Shown here: in pieces, positions 57,956 through 64,000 of the stretch | Layout: every line of letters starts with the position of its first letter | Position numbering within the stretch: position 1 is the first letter of the stretch | Source of the DNA: Nitrospirota bacterium | GTDB lineage: Bacteria; Nitrospirota; UBA9217 | Assembly (NCBI GenBank): GCA_963754875.1 | Contig: CAVWHO010000013.1 | Span: 32,001 to 96,000, forward strand | DNA: 64,000 nt | Reading direction: 5' to 3' | Notes under the pieces: model-generated | What the model saw: the letters and a program-made list of their open reading frames with translations, nothing else | Told to the model about the DNA's origin: nothing | Databases searched by the model: none | Position numbers and translations under genes: made by a program

Positions 57956-58849
57956 ATGAAACACATTAAGATGTCGCTCATATTTTGTTTGCTCGTTCTG
58001 CTGACGTCCTGTGCTTCCACCCAGGGGCCGCCAATCGCCGGGGCGCCAAGGCCGAAAATAGCGCTCGTGCTCGGCGGCGGCGCAGCCAGGGGCTTTGCAC
58101 ATGTCGGTGTGATACGGGCGCTCGAACAGGAGAAAGTGCCCATCGACATGATCGTGGGCACCAGCGTCGGGAGCCTCATCGGCGCGATCTATGCCTACGA
58201 CGCCAACAGCTTTGACCTGGAGTGGACGGCGTTTTCCCTAGAGAAAGACGACCTGTTCGACTACGGGATCCTGACGGCAATTACCGGAATGGGCGTGGCG
58301 AAGGGAGAAAAACTGGAGGCGTTCGTGAAAAACAAGGTGCCGGTCCAGAACATCGAGAACCTCAAGATTCCCTTTGCAGCGATTGCCACGGATCTGAACC
58401 GCGGAACGCGGGTCGTACTCGACCGGGGGCCCGTGGCAAAGGCGGTCCGCGCAAGCAGCGCCATCCCGGGGGTGTTCAATCCCGTGGATTACCAGGGAAA
58501 GCTCCTCGTGGACGGGGGCGTGATCGACAATCTCCCCATCTCCGTTGCGCGGGAGCGGGGCGCGGACATCGTCATTGCCGTGGACATCAGCGAAAACGTG
58601 ATCAACTATAATATTACGAACCTCGTCGACGTGATGCTCCAGGCCGTCACCATCATGGCCGCAGAGAACGTGAAGTATAAACGGAAGGAGGCCGACGTGC
58701 TCATTGCACCGGCCGTAGGCAACGTTGGCATGCTGGACTTCACTCAGAAAAAAAGGTGCATGCAGGCCGGCATCGAGGCCGCACAGAAAGCAATGCCGGA
58801 GATCAAAAAGAAGATCGAGGAGTGGGGGAGGAAGAACGCTGCGAAGTAA
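57956..58849 (+). CDS. Patatin-like phospholipase (probable lipoprotein)
   Basis: LTSC; GGGAARG, GTSVG and DGG. Start uncertain (57941/57956/57971). Confidence 0.9.
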   Translation: MKHIKMSLIFCLLVLLTSCASTQGPPIAGAPRPKIALVLGGGAARGFAHVGVIRALEQEKVPIDMIVGTSVGSLIGAIYAYDANSFDLEWTAFSLEKDDLFDYGILTAITGMGVAKGEKLEAFVKNKVPVQNIENLKIPFAAIATDLNRGTRVVLDRGPVAKAVRASSAIPGVFNPVDYQGKLLVDGGVIDNLPISVARERGADIVIAVDISENVINYNITNLVDVMLQAVTIMAAENVKYKRKEADVLIAPAVGNVGMLDFTQKKRCMQAGIEAAQKAMPEIKKKIEEWGRKNAAK

Positions 58850-58873
58850 TTTTAACCACGGAGACACGGAGAA

Positions 58874-59222
58874 ATGCTCTATCATGAGGACTTGACGGAA
58901 AAGTTTATTGCCGGTGCAATTGAGGTTCATCGGCATGTCGGTCCGGGATTGCTTGAGTCAGCTTATGAAGAATGTTATTGCAGGGAACTGACCCTGAAGA
59001 ATATAGCATATGAGAGACAGAAGTCATTACCTTTGGAATATAAAGGAGTCAGACTCGATTGCGGTTACCGCTTGGACGTTGTTGTCGATGACAGGGCGAA
59101 TATTGCCTGTGCATGAAGCTCAGCTTTTAACCTACCTGAAGCTATCGGGTCTCAAGGTTGGGCTCATTATCAATTTTCATACGAGATTTATCAATGATGG
59201 TATCAAACGACTGGTTCTTTAA
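58874..59222 (+). pseudogene. GxxExxY protein with an internal deletion/frameshift
   Basis: GPGLLESAY...RLDVVVDD then shifts frame to ILPVHEAQLLTYL; the usual VExK segment is missing. Flanked by cacggagacacggag / ctccgtgtctccgtgg repeats. Confidence 0.8.
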
Positions 59223-59328
59223 CCTCCGTGTCGCTGTGGTTGGGAATTGGTTTAAGAAGGGCATTAAGAAACTCGCTCAATAGTTTCTCTCCGTGTCTCC
59301 GTGGTAAAATATTTTCTCTGAGGTTCTC

Positions 59329-60180
59329 ATGATCAAAAAAATAAAAATCATCCTCGAGATGATCAAGTTCGAACACACGATCTTTGCGCTGCCCTTTGCC
59401 TTCACCGGCGCGCTGCTCGCGGCCCATGGCATGCCGTCCGGGAAGACGGTTCTCTGGATAACCGTGGCCATGGTCGGTGCGCGCTCGGCGGCCATGGGGT
59501 TCAACCGTTGGGCAGACCGGAAGTTCGACGCGGAAAATCCCCGCACTAGGGAGCGGGCCCTGCCGAAAGGCCTTGTTACGCCCGGGCAGGTGGTCGTCTT
59601 CACCGCGGTTTCCTCGGCCGTGCTTGTCTTCGCGGCATACATGTTGAACCCGCTTGCCTTCGCGCTCTCTCCCCTGGCGCTGGCCGTCGTGTTCTTCTAT
59701 TCCTATACCAAGCGGTTTACCTTCCTTGCCCATGCCTTTCTCGGGCTCGGCATCGCCGGCGCTCCCCTGGGCGCCTGGATAGCGGTCACGGGAAGGTTTG
59801 AGGCCCCGGCCCTCGTGCTCGGGGCCGCGGTGCTGTTCTGGCTCGTTGGTTTCGATGTGCTCTATGCGCTCCAGGACATCGATTACGACAGGAAGGCGGG
59901 GCTGCATTCCATACCGCAGCGGTTCGGCATCAACCGTTCGCTCTGGATCGCCCGGATTTCCCACGGATTCACGATGGCGGCGCTTTTCTGGCTGTCCTCG
60001 CTGCTTTCGCTCGGGTGGTATTATCTCGCCGGGGTGTTCCTGTCTCTGGCACTGATCGTGTATGAGCATGCACTGGTCAGGAAGGATGACCTCTCGAAGC
60101 TCAATTTTGCGTTTTTTAATATGAACGGATACATCAGCGTGACGATCTTCCTGTTCACCCTGCTCGATGTATTAATATGA
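59329..60180 (+). CDS. UbiA-like polyprenyltransferase (MqnP-like)
   Basis: IKFEHTIFALPF, NRWADRKFDAENPRT and YALQD. Confidence 0.9.
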   Translation: MIKKIKIILEMIKFEHTIFALPFAFTGALLAAHGMPSGKTVLWITVAMVGARSAAMGFNRWADRKFDAENPRTRERALPKGLVTPGQVVVFTAVSSAVLVFAAYMLNPLAFALSPLALAVVFFYSYTKRFTFLAHAFLGLGIAGAPLGAWIAVTGRFEAPALVLGAAVLFWLVGFDVLYALQDIDYDRKAGLHSIPQRFGINRSLWIARISHGFTMAALFWLSSLLSLGWYYLAGVFLSLALIVYEHALVRKDDLSKLNFAFFNMNGYISVTIFLFTLLDVLI

Positions 60181-60342
60181 AGCAAAACGGCAAAAATTCC
60201 CGCTGCTGATTGACAAAGCCCGTAAATGCTGGTAATTTAATAGCACTCTGTTTTCGCAGCAGCAGGGGCAGCATTGCGAAAAATGATATCGGCATTCCCA
60301 AAAGACACGGAGCATTTCATTCAAAAAAGGAGAAGAAACGAC

Positions 60343-61047
60343 ATGAAGAAAAGTTTGGTAATCATTTTTTGCATCGTGCTTGCCGCAGGTACGGCTTTTG
60401 CCGAGAAAAAGCAGGCATTGACGACACAGAAGGAAAAGTTGAGCTATGCCATCGGTATCGACATGGGCACCAGCCTGAAAAAGAATGACATCGACGTAGA
60501 TCCCGACATCCTGTTCAGGGGAATCAAAGATGCCCTCTCGGGCGGCAAACCGCTCATGACCGAGCAGGAACTCAAGGAGACCATCCAGGCGGCGCAAAAA
60601 GAGCTCATGGCGAAACAACAGGAGAAGAGAAACACGCTCGCAGAGAAGAACAAGAAAGAAGGCGTAGAGTTCCTGGCCGCGAACAAAAAGAAGAAGGGGG
60701 TCAAAACCCTGCCGGACGGTCTGCAGTACAAGGTCATTACCGAAGGGAAGGGCCAGATGCCCAAGGCAACGGACACGGTGACGGTGAATTACAAAGGTAC
60801 GCTCATTGACGGCACCGAATTCGACAGCTCGTATAAACGCAAAGAACCGGCGACCTTCCCGGTGAGCGGCGTGATCAAAGGCTGGACAGAGGCGTTACAG
60901 CTGATGCCGGTGGGCTCCACGTGGGAGCTCTTCGTCCCCGCTGATCTTGCCTACGGAGAGCGCGGCACGATGGGCGGCCCCATCGGCCCGAACGCGGTCC
61001 TGATCTTCGAGGTCGAGCTGCTTTCGATCAAGCCCGCTGCAAAGTAG
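60343..61047 (+). CDS. FKBP-type peptidyl-prolyl isomerase (FkpA/Mip-like)
   Basis: Signal peptide; SYAIG, YKGTLIDGTEFDSS and VIKGWTEAL. Confidence 0.93.
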   Translation: MKKSLVIIFCIVLAAGTAFAEKKQALTTQKEKLSYAIGIDMGTSLKKNDIDVDPDILFRGIKDALSGGKPLMTEQELKETIQAAQKELMAKQQEKRNTLAEKNKKEGVEFLAANKKKKGVKTLPDGLQYKVITEGKGQMPKATDTVTVNYKGTLIDGTEFDSSYKRKEPATFPVSGVIKGWTEALQLMPVGSTWELFVPADLAYGERGTMGGPIGPNAVLIFEVELLSIKPAAK

Positions 61048-61087
61048 TTCGCTGACAGGGAAAAGGTAAACGAACCAGGAAATCAGG

Positions 61088-61132
61088 GCGGGGAAAGGGA
61101 GAACTTTTTTATCCTCCTTTTCCCCGCTTTTT
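61088..61132 (+). terminator. Intrinsic terminator
   Basis: gcggggaaaggga...tccttttccccgc followed by a T tract. Confidence 0.6.
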
Positions 61133-61212
61133 TCCTGCTGAGAACAGCCGGTTTCATCGGGTTTGCTTTTTGGATTTGACCTGAGTAAAGAACTTCGCTT
61201 CAGTATATGGGA

Positions 61213-62010
61213 TCACTTCTGCCGCGCCACTTCTCCGCCCCATTCCTTCAGTTTTCCCGTGATAAAATCGATGATTTGTTGATGTTCGTCGCTACCGCGG
61301 TCCTTGATACGAAGCGGGCCCCCGAAGGCGAAGTGCACCGTCTTTGCAGGCACGATCCTGCCGAAGTCTTTAAGGAACTTCCCGTTGCCCCAGGCATCGG
61401 TTTTGAGGGCAATGGGCACGACCGGCACGCCCGCGCGTTTCGCGAGTTTGATCCCTATCGAGTTGAATTGTTCCGGATCGAAGACAGGCGTGCGCGTGGT
61501 CTGCGGGAAAATGATAATGGACGTTCCGGCTCTCAGGCGTTCGGCGCCTCCTTCCAGCACCGCCTTCAGGTCGTCCCGCGGGTTTGCTCTGCCCACGGTA
61601 ACGGGGTTTCTTGCACGCATGACATATTTGAAGACCGGGTACTCAACGAGACTTTGTTTGACGACAAAGGTCGCTTCCTTGAACGAAGAAATGAGGACCG
61701 GCAGGACGAAGGTCTCGAGGGTGCTCATGTGGTTGCCGATGAATATACAGGGGCCTTCGAGCGACCGAAAGTTGTCGAGGCCGGTGACCTCGATTCTGCT
61801 TCCGACGTACTCGAGCGCATGGAGGGTGTCCAGGCTGCTGCCGCACCACGCCGCCGTATCGTAAGCGCCCCGTTTTGCTTTTTTGCTGGCCTGCCTAACG
61901 ATCCGGATGATATGGAGGTAAAACGAGAACGAGGGAAAGAGCCTGGCAAGGATTGCTACCCGTCCCGGCTTCGTAATATAGGAACCACTTTGCAAGTCTA
62001 TCGGCTTCAC
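61213..62010 (-). CDS. 1-acyl-sn-glycerol-3-phosphate acyltransferase family protein
   Basis: NHMSTLE, FPQTTR and VVPIAL. GTG start inferred from SD ggag. Confidence 0.85.
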   Translation of the reverse strand: MKPIDLQSGSYITKPGRVAILARLFPSFSFYLHIIRIVRQASKKAKRGAYDTAAWCGSSLDTLHALEYVGSRIEVTGLDNFRSLEGPCIFIGNHMSTLETFVLPVLISSFKEATFVVKQSLVEYPVFKYVMRARNPVTVGRANPRDDLKAVLEGGAERLRAGTSIIIFPQTTRTPVFDPEQFNSIGIKLAKRAGVPVVPIALKTDAWGNGKFLKDFGRIVPAKTVHFAFGGPLRIKDRGSDEHQQIIDFITGKLKEWGGEVARQK

Positions 62011-62250
62011 GCGGCGCTCCCAGATAATGGATCCCGCGACTTGCAATCCCGGCTCCTGCCGGGGGATTGCGACGTAAACCGCGGGGGGTCGTGTTGTTGG
62101 AGCCTCCGGCCCCTTGCCGGAAGGGGCTCCACTTGTTTCCTTTGTGGCGGCCCAGTATACCACGGCCGGGAAAAAGAGTGAAGGGGGAACTGTGATAAAT
62201 GCAGTAAAAAATGCTTGCAAAGGCCCGGCGAAAAAGAGAAAATAAGCGCC

Positions 62251-63807
62251 ATGCATGATCGCTCGCTCAAACACGACGTAGCGCAGATGGTGATGCCGCG
62301 GATCGACGGCGGCATGCTCGAAGATCCCCGGTATGCTCTTCAGGCGCAGTCGCTTGTTCAGGAAGGGATCGGCGGGTTTATCCTGTTCGGCGGATCGATC
62401 GCGCTGACGCCAAAGCGGCTTCAGGAGCTTCAGAAGGCATCCGAGATACCGCTCTTGATTTCCTCCGACGTCGAACGCGGTCTCGGCCAGCAGCTTGCTG
62501 GCGGGACGAGGTTCCCGAACCAGCGGGCCGTTGCTTCAGCCGTCAACCGGCGGTCGAAAAAGGACATCGGCCTTCTCGACCGGATGCTGGACGCCGTACG
62601 CATCGAAACGCGCGCCGCAGGCATTCATGCGGTTTTTTCTCCCGTCGTCGACGTGAACAATAATCCGGACAACCCCATCATCTGCACGCGTGCGTTCGGC
62701 GATGAACCCGGCGTGGTCGAATGGTTCGGCTCGCGCTACATCAAAGGGCTGCAGAAACCGACAGCCAGGGGCAGGGTCGATCTCCTGGCCTGCGCCAAGC
62801 ATTTCCCGGGGCACGGGGACACGGACCAGGACTCTCACTCCGTCCTTCCGGTTATCCGTGCGGACCGGCAGCGTTTGAACCGGGTCGAACTCCCTCCCTT
62901 TCGCGAAGCGGTAAAGGACGGCGTCGGTATGATCATGGTGGCGCACCTGCTCGTTCCTGCTCTGGAACCGGAAAAACCGACCACGTTTTCGAAAAAAACC
63001 GTTACCGCGTTGCTGCGAGAAGGCATGGGATTCGGGGGCTTGATCGTATCCGATGCCCTGGACATGGGCGCACTTGCCCGGGATTATTCTCCGGAAGAAA
63101 TTGCGGTGAGGGCCGTAGAGGCGGGCATCGATATCCTTCTCCACCCGGGCGATGCGCGCCGGACGATCGAAGCCGTCGTCAGAGCCGTGGAGGAGGGGCG
63201 CCTTACCCGGCAGCACATTGCCGAATCTGTTGAGCGGATCATGGCGGCAAAGACGAGGTTGGGACTGTTCGATAAGACCGCGCCCACGGCCACGGCCGAT
63301 TACCGGAAACATGCACACATCGCCCGCGAACTCGGCGGCAAGGCGCTCCGCGTCGTGTCGGGCAATAAGAAAATATTCCCCCTTTCCCGAAAAGCGGGGG
63401 TGGCCTGCTTTATCCTTGATGACGACAATAACACGGAGGCCGGGAATGCATTCATCCATGCAATGCGTGAGCGGTATCGCAATTTGTCGGTGCTCGTCCT
63501 GACGCCGGGCTCCGATATGCCCGAATCCCTGGTGCTGGACAGCATCCTCGCGGCGGAGTTCACCGTGCTGGCCGTCTTCTCCAACATATCGGCGTCGAAA
63601 GGGCACTCGGGGCTCACCGACAAGCTCCACGACATGGTGCTCAAACTTTTGCGCAATACACAAAAAGTGAACGGGAAATCCGTTTTGGTTTCCTTTGACA
63701 GCCCCTATTTGCTGGACCGGTTTGTCGATGCCGACCTGCGTATAGCGGCATACGATCGTATGAACGAGATCCAGCATGCCGCAGTAGTGCTGTTGGCGGG
63801 GGAATGA
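62251..63807 (+). CDS. nagZ: GH3 beta-N-acetylglucosaminidase
   Basis: KHFPGHGDTDQDSH and SDALDM. Confidence 0.88.
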   Translation: MHDRSLKHDVAQMVMPRIDGGMLEDPRYALQAQSLVQEGIGGFILFGGSIALTPKRLQELQKASEIPLLISSDVERGLGQQLAGGTRFPNQRAVASAVNRRSKKDIGLLDRMLDAVRIETRAAGIHAVFSPVVDVNNNPDNPIICTRAFGDEPGVVEWFGSRYIKGLQKPTARGRVDLLACAKHFPGHGDTDQDSHSVLPVIRADRQRLNRVELPPFREAVKDGVGMIMVAHLLVPALEPEKPTTFSKKTVTALLREGMGFGGLIVSDALDMGALARDYSPEEIAVRAVEAGIDILLHPGDARRTIEAVVRAVEEGRLTRQHIAESVERIMAAKTRLGLFDKTAPTATADYRKHAHIARELGGKALRVVSGNKKIFPLSRKAGVACFILDDDNNTEAGNAFIHAMRERYRNLSVLVLTPGSDMPESLVLDSILAAEFTVLAVFSNISASKGHSGLTDKLHDMVLKLLRNTQKVNGKSVLVSFDSPYLLDRFVDADLRIAAYDRMNEIQHAAVVLLAGE

Positions 63808-64000
63808 AAAAGTTCAGAGCTCACCGTACCCTGCACCGACATATTCCCGGCCCGCGGTCAATCCGGCCAGGGGCACTGGGCGCTTTGTCGCTATGATCAG
63901 AGTCGTCATCATCTTTTTTCTCTTCGTTTTCATCCACAGCATTACTGTCTCGAAAATATTCAAGCATGCCTGCAGTGCCTTTTTCGGCGAGACTTTTATG

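Noticed and set aside
62030..62143. SRP RNA, 6S RNA or tRNA
   Set aside because: It lacks the SRP domain IV motif and a cloverleaf; kept only as an unassigned structure.

Overview
Bacterial chromosomal window from a GC-rich organism whose gene content suggests an anaerobe such as Nitrospirota or Desulfobacterota (inference, not a classification). Housekeeping genes include thiolase, fadD, an RhlB-like helicase, ftsB, GH57, glyQ-glyS-ppdK, ribD, copC/copD, an IorA/IorB-type molybdoenzyme, an MqnP/UbiA prenyltransferase, FKBP and nagZ. Five features stand out. (1) A selenium locus: selD has an in-frame UGA and SECIS, and between selD and yedF lies a 106-nt tRNA with tRNA-Sec (8/5) architecture but a Cys anticodon (GCA) and a U73 discriminator. 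A second probable UGA selenoprotein lies at 52634-52942. (2) Extracellular cytochrome c lipoproteins with sigma-54 promoters, one behind a GEMM-Ib-like (putative 3',3'-cGAMP) riboswitch and carrying thrombospondin-like repeats. (3) A complete integron with a long IntI, attI and six attC sites; its cassettes include two antisense ones, a catalytically degenerate amidase and two two-gene nuclease cassettes. (4) A wHTH-MNT/HEPN pair with both active sites degenerate, followed by two ~20-aa Lys/Ala peptides missing from the ORF track. (5) An IS200 element and several nested REP/MITE-like repeats. Several single-base frameshifts may be assembly errors. All calls come from motif reading only; no searches were run.
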